Source: Candidatus Hydrogenedentota bacterium (GTDB taxonomy: Bacteria; Hydrogenedentota; Hydrogenedentia; Hydrogenedentales; SLHB01). From it: a DNA stretch of 64,000 nt. The DNA is taken from assembly GCA_963745075.1 (NCBI GenBank), contig CAVUWV010000014.1:34900-98899 (forward strand), read 5' to 3'. This document shows, in pieces, positions 35,976 through 45,387 of the stretch. The position numbers and the translations under genes were made by a program. The notes under the pieces were generated by a model. The model made no database searches, was not told where the DNA came from, and was given only the letters and a program-made list of their open reading frames with translations. How positions within the stretch are numbered: the stretch's first letter is position 1; each line of letters opens with the position of its first letter.

Positions 35976-36053
35976 TGGTCGGGGTGAGAGGATTTGAACC
36001 TCCGGCCTCTTCGTCCCGAACGAAGCGCGCTAACCGGGCTGCGCTACACCCCG
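35976..36053 (-). tRNA. tRNA-Pro (anticodon CGG), CCA encoded
   Basis: Manual cloverleaf: acceptor CGGGGTG/CACCCCG, D stem GCGC/GCGC, anticodon stem CTTCG/CGAAG with loop TTCGGGA, T stem GGAGG/CCTCT with loop TTCAAAT, discriminator A plus CCA. 78 nt. Confidence 0.95.
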
Positions 36054-36174
36054 ACAGAACGCGTATGGTACCGCGCCGCAGTGGGATGTGTCAAATTGAA
36101 GGACCGGCTGGAGGCTTCAGGTTGATAAGGCCGCGATCATTTCCTTCGAACCCGCCTGGTGTGGAAACCGGCCG

Positions 36175-37476
36175 TTACAAATCGGGAGAAACCTCGCCTT
36201 TCGTCCGCCCCAGTTTCCGCCGGATGCGTTCGAGGCGGTGGTGGAAGGCGGTGAGGGGAGTGGCTTCGAATTCCGTGGCGCGGCCCAGGGTGGCACGGGT
36301 TTCGAGGTATTCGATGGCTTCGACGCACATCCGTTCTGCGTCGGGTAGCCGGCGCGCTCGGTGCTCGTAATGCTTGGCGAGTTCAAGCCGCGCAAGGAGG
36401 TTGGTCGGGTTTTCCTGCAACAGCAGCGCGTAGCTACCCTCCATGCGTTGCCAGTCGCTCAGACGTTTCGCGGCGAGGGCGATGTATTCGAGGCATTCCT
36501 TGCGCAACTCGCCCTGTTCTTCGATTTCCAGCAGTTGTTCGCCTTGGACGATCGCGTGTTCGTACTTCTTCTGCAAGAAGAAGACGCGCACCATAGACAG
36601 CCGGTCCTCCGCGTGCTCGAATCCCGTACCGTCCGGACTTGAAAGGCACCGCGATAGCCACGCCGTCAGGGCCACCAGCGAGAGAATGTCCATTTTGTGG
36701 TGGTAGAAGACCCCATCAAGGCGCCGCGCGTCGCGCGTGCGGATATAGTCGAACCACATCTGCGGGATCTCGTAGCTGGGCACGTCTCCGTGGCGTTCGA
36801 TGCCGAGGATCATGCGCTCCACGTTGGTCAGGTTGCAGGCCCCCAAGCGGCGTTTCCAGAAGCGTCGCGCCGCGTGCAGGAGATCGAAGTGCATGATACT
36901 GTCGGCGCGAAAGGGAATGCGGTTCTGGATGAACCGAGTGCGGAGCAGCGGTAGATCAAAACTCTTGCCGTTGTAACTGACGACGGCTTTCTTCTCCTTG
37001 AACACCTCGGCCAAGTATTCAAGCATAGGCTCTTCGTCATCGTAATCGCGCATGAAACACTGGTCGAGGCGAAATCCATCGTCTACGAAGTAGCCCACGC
37101 CGATGAGGAAGGCGACGGTTCCCGTGCCGCCGGACAGGCCGCTGGTTTCGGTGTCGATAAAGAGGGCTTTCCGCGGATCGAATTCACATAGTTCATCGTC
37201 CGACGCAGACAAGGCAATGTGTTCGCCGCATACGTCCAGCACGGACCGCAAGGCGATCGCGCCTTGATGCGTGTCGAGGGGGAAGGTCTCCTGCACGAGG
37301 TAGAAACCGAGATCGTTGTCGCCGACAACCTGGCCGGGGACAACCTTGTCAATCTCAAAATCGCCGGACTCGCGTTGCTTCCGCAGATCGTCCAGCTTCT
37401 GGACCCAATCCGAGCCCCGCATGAGTCCGGGCTTCCCCGCGAGGAGTCCGTCGAGTTTGTCCTTCATGCCGGACAT
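36175..37476 (-). CDS. YprB/MrfB-like RNase-H-fold (DnaQ-like) exonuclease with C-terminal TPR-like region
   Basis: MSGMKDKLDGLL start. ALFIDTETSGL (Exo I), SYNGKSFDLPLL and HHKMDILSL motifs. The track ORF extends to 37629, but that extra N-terminus looks non-genic. Confidence 0.8.
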   Translation of the reverse strand: MSGMKDKLDGLLAGKPGLMRGSDWVQKLDDLRKQRESGDFEIDKVVPGQVVGDNDLGFYLVQETFPLDTHQGAIALRSVLDVCGEHIALSASDDELCEFDPRKALFIDTETSGLSGGTGTVAFLIGVGYFVDDGFRLDQCFMRDYDDEEPMLEYLAEVFKEKKAVVSYNGKSFDLPLLRTRFIQNRIPFRADSIMHFDLLHAARRFWKRRLGACNLTNVERMILGIERHGDVPSYEIPQMWFDYIRTRDARRLDGVFYHHKMDILSLVALTAWLSRCLSSPDGTGFEHAEDRLSMVRVFFLQKKYEHAIVQGEQLLEIEEQGELRKECLEYIALAAKRLSDWQRMEGSYALLLQENPTNLLARLELAKHYEHRARRLPDAERMCVEAIEYLETRATLGRATEFEATPLTAFHHRLERIRRKLGRTKGEVSPDL

Positions 37477-37574
37477 GGAATGCTTGCCTTTTGGGTCGAT
37501 GTCGGTGCGCCGACGCCACGAGTCAAAGAGGCCGATAGTATCAGCAATTGAGTTTTCGCAAACTGAGTTCCTAG

Positions 37575-37627
37575 ATTTTGGCCCGAAGGGCCGTAACATG
37601 ACAGCCCAGCGCGGCATAGCCGCAACC
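37575..37627. repeat. Dispersed repeat copy (hairpin GGCCCGAAGGGCC plus inverted 25-mer)
   Basis: 37603..37627 is the reverse complement of 10399..10423 with one mismatch. A hairpin is adjacent in both copies. Confidence 0.8.
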
Positions 37628-37709
37628 AAAAGTGAGGAGATGAATGGCGTTTCCCCTTTGCAGATACAATAGGTATCCGCAGTGGTCTAACACGAGAAGG
37701 AGAAACGCC

Positions 37710-39257
37710 ATGCTTGAGTTTATGCAGAAGTACCGGGATAAAGCCAGTTCGATTCTGAGCGGTTTTGATCGAATCGTCTTTCGAGGGCTTTTGCGGTCTA
37801 TAGTCCATCCAGACGGCATGAAAAGGCACTTGTCGCGGTGTGACGTTCCCCGCCGCAACTTCGGAGCCCATGTGGAGGAGACGACCAAGAAACTGAAAAA
37901 GGCCTCGTTGGCTCAGGCTGAACATCTGGATAGACCGGTCATCTACGTGCAATCGAGTCAAACCCGTAAGGAGACTATCGCCAGACAGGTACTCGCGGAG
38001 AATCCCGTCGATTCCGGTTTGCTGTGCGTGCTTTCTTGTGTGGAGCCCTGCATGACCTACGAGATGTATCGCAATCGGGAGGCCAAGAAACTGGAACTCG
38101 TCTATCGTCTGCGTAAGTGTCTCCACTTGTATCATTACTACGTCGATCCTCTGTTCGGCTTCATGCATGCCCGCATCCAAACCTGGTATCCCTTTCACGT
38201 CCAAGTCTGTGTGAATGGACGGGAATGGCTGGCTCGGCGAATGGATGCCGAAGGTTGCAAATACATCCGCTACGAGAACAGTTTCCCGCATCTAGAGGAC
38301 CCGGAGCGCGCCCAGCAATTGCTCGATGAACTGGTCCGTCTCAACTGGACCGAAACCCTTCACGAAATCGCCGCGCGGTTGAATCCTGCGCATCAAGAGA
38401 TCCTCGGTCCCTATGCCCGCTACTACTGGACCGCTCACCAAACCGAATGGGCCACGGACATCACGTTTACCTCGGCCCAAGACCTCCAAGATATCTATCC
38501 TCAACTTGTCTGGGGCGCCATCACCACCTTTTCCACACGGCATGTCATGCGCTTTTTGGGCAAACAATTCCAACGCCACTTTGCCGGCGAAGTCCAGAGC
38601 CATTATCACGACCGTCTCGACGGCCTCTCCGTCAAACATGCCGTCAACAACAATTCCGTCAAGATGTATGACAAAGGGGCCCAAATCCTTCGCATCGAAA
38701 CCACCATCAACAACCCCCACGACATCCCGGTCTACCGGCCCAAGGAAGGCGGTGACCCCAAAGACTTGGCTCACCGTTCCATGCGCAAAGGCGTAGCCAA
38801 TCTCGAACGGCGCACGCAGGTCTCTCAACGCGCCAACGAACGCTACCTCGAAGCCCTGACACCATTCGATACCTCCACTCCCTTGGCACAACTCCTCGCC
38901 CCCGTCACCAAAAGGGTCACCAAAAAAGGAACGACCTATCGCGGCCTGCGGCCTTGGGCACACCAAGACCTCGAACTTCTGCAAACCATCAACAAACCCG
39001 AGTTTCTCATCGCAGGCTTCCGCAACAAGGACCTGTCCGCCATCCTTTATCCCAAGGATTAGGGCGACCTCCGTGCCCGACGCGCCGCCTCCGGTCGCGT
39101 CTCCTATCGCCTACGGCTTCTCCGAGCCCACGGTCTTATTGCCAAAACATCACGCACCCGTCGCTACCAAATCACCACCAAAGGAACTCAACTATGCGCA
39201 GCCATACTCATGGCCCAACACGCAACTATCCAACAACTTACCCCCAAGGCCGCTTAG
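37710..39257 (+). pseudogene. Conserved hypothetical protein (possibly transposase-like) with C-terminal winged-helix; interrupted by in-frame TAG at 39060
   Basis: AAGGAG RBS then ATG at 37710. 450 codons, TAG, then 64 further sense codons in the same frame (RVSYRLRLLRAHGLIAKTSRTRRYQITTKG) ending at TAG 39255-39257. Confidence 0.7.
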
Positions 39258-39269
39258 ACAAATGCGAAA

Positions 39270-39495
39270 GTTTTTTACGATGTTTGCGGTTAGGGACCCA
39301 GGGCAACGCCCTGGGAAAATGGTGCGACCAATACGTTTTAGCCCTGAAAGGGCGAAACAAGAACAAAGAGAATAAGAGCTGTTACGCCCCTTCAGGGCTT
39401 GTGTTCTATATGCTGGCTCGTTCCCAGGGCGTTGCCCTGAGCTATCTTGTTGCGGCCCCTTCGGGGCGATGCAATGCGCCAAGTGTAACCCTGCC
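39270..39495. repeat. Intergenic hairpin-repeat cluster (same dispersed family)
   Basis: ACCCAGGGCAACGCCCTGGG, AGCCCTGAAAGGGC, GCCCCTTCAGGGC, CCCAGGGCGTTGCCCTG and GGCCCCTTCGGGGC hairpins in series. Confidence 0.75.
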
Positions 39496-39499
39496 TGTC

Positions 39500-39913
39500 C
39501 TACAGGTTGTCCCAAGAATACGTCCATGAAAATCCGTTCTTCTTCTCCAAGTCACGAGTGTCGTCTGTCCTACTCAACAACCCATCCAGACTACGGATGC
39601 TCAGTACGATGTCGACGGCATAGTGAGTAATCAATTCCAACTTTCCAGCATTTTGGACGTATTTAAGTCTTGAAAACTCGCAGTGACTGACCTCTTCTCG
39701 CTTGCTGACCTGGCACTCCAAAACATCGCGAAACGACAACGTATAAGCTCTCCAACGTCGGCGTCCTTCTTCTACGGTCTCTAATACCCAAATCTTTGTT
39801 GAGAAGTTAACGTTATCTTGATCGAATGTAATGGCATCCGGTCGGAATACGCCATCACCCAATATCGTGTTCACGTATTCGACATCAGCATTATCGGCGA
39901 TTGTCGTCACCAT
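39500..39913 (-). CDS. Hypothetical protein (137 aa), visibly AT-richer than its surroundings, coupled to the helicase gene
   Basis: ATG lies 1 nt after the helicase TAA (TAAcATG). No recognisable motif. Confidence 0.6.
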   Translation of the reverse strand: MVTTIADNADVEYVNTILGDGVFRPDAITFDQDNVNFSTKIWVLETVEEGRRRWRAYTLSFRDVLECQVSKREEVSHCEFSRLKYVQNAGKLELITHYAVDIVLSIRSLDGLLSRTDDTRDLEKKNGFSWTYSWDNL

Positions 39914-39914
39914 G

Positions 39915-42183
39915 TTATAAAGCCAACCGCGCCAGCTTCAGCGCGCCCTTCTTGCCTTTGGCACCGACTTCGAGGCCGGGGCCGACGCAACTGGGACATC
40001 CTTCCTTGCAATTGCACCCGCTGATGAGCGAGATGGCTGCTTCGAGCAATTGCCGGTGGTGGGTGAATAGCTTCTCGCTGAACCCGACGCCGCCGGGATA
40101 GGTCTCATACAAGTATACCGTGGGCCGTTCGGAGAAGGGCGCGCGCAACATGCCCAAGGCGCGGATATCCGTCGGGTCGCACAGCACCTGCACCGGCGCG
40201 ACCTGCCGCAAGGTGTTGGCGAGCCCGTGCAAGGCTTCGCCCAATTCCTGCTGCTTCATTTCGAGGGTTTCGGCCACGTCTTCGGGAAATTCGATCCAGT
40301 ACCCGGTCGTGTGCATCGTGGATTCGGGCAGCGCGATCTCACCCCAGCCGACGTTCTCATGCGTGCCGAACTTGATCTTCTTATAGACGCTCGGTAGCCA
40401 CGTCACGCTGACTTCACCGGTCCGTTTCGTCGCGTCGCCGACGGCCTCCTCACGGAAGGTGTCCAGGACTTTAAGATCTACCTTGATCTGCGCGTCTGTG
40501 TAGTAGTCCACGTCCACGGGCCGCGCGTAGGCTTTGCGGTCCTCCAGGTCGAGTTTATCGATGGTGTACTGTGCGCTTTGGTGGAGGTAGATTGCGTTCT
40601 GATAGACCTCCGTCGGCGCGGCGAACAAGTCGATCTCGCCGATGACGCGGCCGTTCTGCGACGTGTCGAGGATGACCACGTTTCCCGGCGCGGCCGTGCG
40701 CAGGCTGATGTCCTCGGCGGGATACGAGTCCGCGCTCCAATGCCACTTGTCCCGCACATGCCGCAACACGCGTTGCTCGGCGAGGTACTCGAGGATCTCG
40801 CCCGTCGATGCCGGCGTCCATGCCGAAAGCTTCGCCGTCCTTGAATGGGATCTCGAAGGCGGCACACTTCAGGTGACTCGTCATGATGATCAGGTTGTTC
40901 GGATCGACGGTCGCGCTTTCCGGGGTCTGTTCGAAGAAATACTCGGGATGGTTGATGATGTACTGGTCCAACGGCGCGCTCGACGCAACCAGGATGACCA
41001 GCGACGTGCCGGATCGCCGTCCGGCGCGCCCGGCCTGCTGCCAGGTGCTGGCGACGCTGCCCGAGTATCCCGTCATGATGCACACATCCAGCGACCCGAT
41101 GTCGATGCCCAGTTCCAGCGCGTTCGTGCTGACCACGGCCATGATTTCGCCGTCCCGTAAACCCTTCTCAATGGCGCGCCGTTCGGTGGGCAGATAGCCG
41201 CCGCGATAGCCGCGCACGAGATTGTGGTCCTTGCCCATTTTGCGTACGGCTTCTTTGAGGTAGGTGGTCAGGATCTCGACGCGCAACCGGCTTCGCGCGA
41301 ACACAATCGATTGAACGTTGCGGGACAGCATCTGCGTGGCCAGGCGGTTCGCTTCCTTCACCGACGACAGCCGGATGCCCAGTTCCGCGTTGACTACCGG
41401 CGGGTTGTAGAAAAGGAAATGCCGCTCGCCCGTGGGTGCGCCGTTTTTGTCCACGAGTTTGACGGGGGCTTCGATGATGCGTTCGGCCATTTCCTGCGGG
41501 TTGTTGATGGTCGCACTGCAACAGATGAAGGTGGGATTGGACCCGTAGAACTCGCAAATCCTTTTCAGCCGCCGAATCACATTGGCCAAATGGCTGCCGA
41601 AGACACCCCGGTAATGGTGCAACTCGTCGATCACCACGAACTCGAGATTCTCGAAGAGTTTCATCCAGATGGTGTGATGGGGGAGGATGCCCGAATGCAG
41701 CATGTCCGGGTTGGTCACGACAATATGTCCGGCGTTCCGAATCGCTTTGCGCGCCGAGCCGGGCGTGTCCCCGTCGAAGGTGTACGTGCCGATTTTCACT
41801 TCCAGGTCGTCGATGGTTGTCTTCAATTCGTTGACCTGATCCTGGGATAGGGCCTTGGTCGGGAATAGATACAGGGCCCGGGCATCCGGGTTCGCCATCA
41901 AGCGGTTCAACACCGGCACGTTGTAGCAGAGGGTCTTTCCCGAAGCGGTCGGCGTGACGATGCAGACATGGGAGCCCGAAAGCACCGAATTCACGGCCTC
42001 GCGTTGATGCGTATAGAGGTGATGGATCCCACGTTTTCCGAACGCATCCACGAGCTTGGGATTTAACCCCTCAGGAAAATCCGCATACTGTGGCGGCCGG
42101 GCCGGGACCACCTTCCAGGCAGTTTGGTTACGACGGATCTCCGGGTCCGAGCGAAGGCGGTCAACAATCTGTGCAACGTTCAT
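39915..42183 (-). pseudogene. MrfA/YprA-like DEAD/DEAH-box helicase with DUF1998 (zinc-binding) C-terminal domain, +1 frame break near 40800-40825
   Basis: TPTASGKT, VIDELHHY and QQAGRAGR helicase motifs in ORF 40555..42183. The C-terminal part continues in ORF 39915..40865 (STGEILEYL...CNCKEGCPSCVGP). The tails of both track ORFs in the overlap are nonsense. Confidence 0.85.
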
Positions 42184-42521
42184 GGAATGTATCCGGCGGC
42201 TTTAATAATCTGAATATAACATCAGTGGTTCTGGACTGCAAGCAGCACGGCGCCGACCTGCGAGCACGACACGAATTGTCCGGACATGATAAAATACCCG
42301 TAGATGCTGTCAACAGCGCCCAATGGTTGACGTGGAAATCATAAACTTGCCGACGGAAGATTGAAAGGTATCTCACGAAGGATTTCCGCGAGAACGACTT
42401 ACACGATTCAGGCTACAGATAATGCGTCTCGCCCGGTTCAACCGGAGACGGTGAACCGGCAACGGCAACCAAATCCTACAGCGATCGGAGGTAGGTCTAA
42501 GTTGCATCTTGACGGAGGTTT

Positions 42522-44075
42522 ATGCCGCAGTACGAATTGATTCTCCACAACGGTGACGAGCATCTCAGCAGCTACGACATTGGTTCGAGCGGTCTGGTAA
42601 TCGGTCGCGCGTCGGAGTGCGATGTTGTGTTGCCAGATTCCATGGTTTCCCGGCGTCACGCACGGATCTGGAATGATGGCAAGAGCTTGAAGATAGAGGA
42701 CTTAGGTGCAAGAAATGGCATCGTCGTTAACGGCCAGAAGGTCTCGAAGCTACGTGTGGACGAGGGGGACGAACTCACCGTCGGTACGCACACCTTCCGC
42801 ATTGCCAAAGTTACCCGGGACAAGAGCAAGGAAGACACCGGAGCCATGATCAGTTTTGAAAAAGCCGGTGACATGCACGCGAAAATGCTCAAGGAGCCGG
42901 ACTTCAACCGGCTCGTCCTCCTCTACAAGGCGTCCCAGTTGCTCGGCACCGTTTTCGATCTCGATGATTTGTTGAACCGGATTCTCGAACTGATTTTCGA
43001 AGCCTTGCCGGTGAAACGCGGGTTTATCCTGACGCTCTCGGGGCATGACAAGTTGCCGGAAGTTCGGGCGAGCCTTCCCAGCAAACGGAACAACGGCGGA
43101 CTCCCCTTGAGTCGCACGTTAATCGACCATGTTTTCACGCACCGCAATGCCGTATTGACCCTCGACGCCCACGAAGACTTTTCCGAGTCCGACAGCGTGG
43201 TGAACCACGGGATCCATGCGGCGATGTGCGTGCCGCTGTGCGGCCGGGAAGATATCGTCGGCGCCATCTACGTGGATTCGGGCGCGGACGACATCGTGTT
43301 TAAGAACGATCATTTGAAGCTGCTCACGGCGATTGGCCGCGTCACCGGTGTTGCCGTGGAAAACGCGTACCTGCACCAGGAAATGGTCGAAAACGAACGG
43401 CTTTCCGCGATTGGCCAGGCAACGGCCGGTTTGGGCCATTGCGTGAAGAACATTCTCGTCGGAATCAAAGGCGGCGCGGAATTTGTGGATCTCGCGCTCG
43501 AGACCAACGAGATCAAATACATCCAAAAGGGATGGCCGCTCATCCGCCGTTCGGTGGACCGTATTGAAGATCTTGTGTTGAACCTGCTCACATTCTCGCG
43601 CAACCAGAAAGCCGAGCGCACGAACACCGATCTCAATCTGCTGGTTGATGAAATCAAGGATACGGTTGCGGCGCAAGCGTCCCTGGCCAAGGTTACCTTG
43701 CAGATCGAGAAGGGTGACTTGCGTCCATTGCCGATGGACAGTCTGGGTATGTACCGCGCGATTCTGAATCTTGTCACGAACGCGATTGACGCGTGCGAAG
43801 ACGACGGCGGCACCGTGACGGTCCGTACCAAGTCCGGCGAATCCTCCTACTACGTCGAGGTTGAGGACAATGGGGTGGGCATCTCCCACGATTTTCGCAG
43901 CCGCATGTTCAAGGCGTTTGCCAGCACGAAAGGATCCCGTGGCACGGGGTTGGGTCTTGCGTGTGCACAGAAAATCGTCCGGGAGCATGGCGGAGCCATC
44001 AAGGTGAGGAGTGAACCCGGCAAAGGATCGAGGTTTACGATTCAGCTTCCGACCCAGACGATGGTTTCGAGCTAG
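42522..44075 (+). CDS. FHA-GAF-histidine kinase
   Basis: GGAGG RBS. FHA core (GRASECDVVLPDSMVSRRHARI), a central GAF-like region, an H-box (GLGHCVKNIL), and N/G1/G2 boxes (NAIDA, DNGVGI, GTGLGLA). Confidence 0.85.
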   Translation: MPQYELILHNGDEHLSSYDIGSSGLVIGRASECDVVLPDSMVSRRHARIWNDGKSLKIEDLGARNGIVVNGQKVSKLRVDEGDELTVGTHTFRIAKVTRDKSKEDTGAMISFEKAGDMHAKMLKEPDFNRLVLLYKASQLLGTVFDLDDLLNRILELIFEALPVKRGFILTLSGHDKLPEVRASLPSKRNNGGLPLSRTLIDHVFTHRNAVLTLDAHEDFSESDSVVNHGIHAAMCVPLCGREDIVGAIYVDSGADDIVFKNDHLKLLTAIGRVTGVAVENAYLHQEMVENERLSAIGQATAGLGHCVKNILVGIKGGAEFVDLALETNEIKYIQKGWPLIRRSVDRIEDLVLNLLTFSRNQKAERTNTDLNLLVDEIKDTVAAQASLAKVTLQIEKGDLRPLPMDSLGMYRAILNLVTNAIDACEDDGGTVTVRTKSGESSYYVEVEDNGVGISHDFRSRMFKAFASTKGSRGTGLGLACAQKIVREHGGAIKVRSEPGKGSRFTIQLPTQTMVSS

Positions 44076-44076
44076 C

Positions 44077-45387
44077 CTATCCCAGCGGCCAGTGCTCGCG
44101 GACCAGTGCTTGCGCCTCTGCCGCCGTGGAGACGGTACCCTCCAGTTGTGCATCTTCCACGGCCGACAGAATCTCCTTGAATAACGGTCCCGGCCGGTAA
44201 CCCATCGCGATAAGTTCCTTGCCGGTAACCAGCGGCGCGGGCCGGCACTCCTCCTTGGGATGGCGATCGAGGTAGTCCGAGATCCATGATATCGTATCCA
44301 GATCGCCGTGACTCGCCAGGCAGTCGATGCGTCCCAGTTCCAACAATTCCCGAAAGCCGTCTTCCCGCACGAACCGTTTCAGCTTGCTTTCGCGCATGTC
44401 GGGGGCGTGGGCGAGGCGCATGTGCTGCTTCACGAGCCACTCGATGCGATCCGTATCCTCGTTGGACATCCGCAGTCGGCGGCAGATGTCGCGTGTCATT
44501 TTCGCGCCGACCTTGTCGTGGTTGTTGAACCGTATCCGATCCGAAAAGGTGGCCGTGGGCGGTTTGCCAACGTCGTGCAGCAACGCCCCGAAGGCGAGCG
44601 AGGGAGACGCGTCCTTTAAGTGTTCCAAGACCATCATTGTATGGACGAAGACGTCGCCTTCAGGATGAAACTCCGGCGGCTGCCCGACGCCCTTCATTTG
44701 GCTTACCTCTGGAAGCACCTGTTCGAGCAGTCCGGTCTGATCCATGAGTTCGAAGGCGCGCCGTGCTCCGCCTTCCGTGAGCATTTTGGTGAGTTCGTCC
44801 CGGATACGTTCAGCGCTCACCGTGCGGATTGCAGGCGCCAGTGCGCGGATTGCGTCATGGGTGGCGTCGTCCATGACGAAATCGAGGCGCGCCGAAAACC
44901 GGATCGCACGCATCAGTCGCAGGTGATCTTCCGAGAAACGAGTCTCCGCATCGCCGACCGTCCGTATCACCCGATTCTCGAGATCGTGCTGACCGCCGAC
45001 GTAGTCGACCACCTCGTCCCGTTGCGGGTCATAGAACATGGCGTTGATGGTAAAGTCGCGCCGCAGGGCGTCTTCGCGTTCGCCGAGGAATTCGACCTGG
45101 CTTGGGTGTCGCCCGTCCAGGTAGGGACCGTCGCCTCGGAAGGTGGCAACTTCGAAGTTGCCTTCCGGGAGCACGACCAGCATGACGCCGTACACGGCCC
45201 CAACCGCGACGGTTTTGGGGAACAAGTGCGCGACCTCGTCGGGCCGGGCATTGGTCGCGACGTCGTAATCTTTGGGGGACGTTTCCAGCAGCAGATCGCG
45301 TACGCAGCCGCCCGCGAACAATGCACGATATCCGTGCTCGCGTAACACGCCGCATATCCGCTCCGCGGCGGCCCGCCGGTCATCCAT
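44077..45387 (-). CDS. cca: CCA-adding enzyme / poly(A) polymerase-family tRNA nucleotidyltransferase with HD domain
   Basis: GGCVRDLLL..DYDVAT head-domain motif. C-terminal HD region (LLHDVGKP). Confidence 0.85.
   Translation of the reverse strand: MDDRRAAAERICGVLREHGYRALFAGGCVRDLLLETSPKDYDVATNARPDEVAHLFPKTVAVGAVYGVMLVVLPEGNFEVATFRGDGPYLDGRHPSQVEFLGEREDALRRDFTINAMFYDPQRDEVVDYVGGQHDLENRVIRTVGDAETRFSEDHLRLMRAIRFSARLDFVMDDATHDAIRALAPAIRTVSAERIRDELTKMLTEGGARRAFELMDQTGLLEQVLPEVSQMKGVGQPPEFHPEGDVFVHTMMVLEHLKDASPSLAFGALLHDVGKPPTATFSDRIRFNNHDKVGAKMTRDICRRLRMSNEDTDRIEWLVKQHMRLAHAPDMRESKLKRFVREDGFRELLELGRIDCLASHGDLDTISWISDYLDRHPKEECRPAPLVTGKELIAMGYRPGPLFKEILSAVEDAQLEGTVSTAAEAQALVREHWPLG

Larger units (their letters stand above)
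27440..36022. mobile_element. tRNA-Pro-integrated element (satellite-like integrative island), att to att
   Basis: Perfect 47-bp direct repeats at both ends, an integrase at one end, and phage-type replication and packaging genes, all co-oriented. Confidence 0.85.

Noticed and set aside
27224-39062. Stop-codon reassignment (TAG/TAA read as Gln/Glu) or programmed frameshifting as an explanation for the in-frame stops and frame breaks
   Set aside because: The four in-frame stops are confined to a remnant outside the att site that also lacks a start. Other island and host genes terminate normally at TAA, TAG and TGA. The frame breaks show no shared slippery heptamer and go in both directions. 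Decay or consensus error is the simpler explanation.
37575-39495. Gene 37710-39257 plus its flanks as a classical IS with terminal inverted repeats
   Set aside because: The inverted similarity between 37578-37627 and 39440-39475 belongs to the dispersed hairpin-repeat family also found at unrelated sites. I see no target-site duplication, and I cannot place the protein in a known transposase family from memory. I have left it as 'possibly transposase-like'.
38954-39529. Track ORFs 38954-39529 and 39073-39375 (+)
   Set aside because: They are Pro/Ser/Thr/Arg-rich frames overlapping the 3' end of gene 37710..39257 and the hairpin-repeat cluster. The third frame (the in-frame continuation after TAG) is the one that reads like protein.
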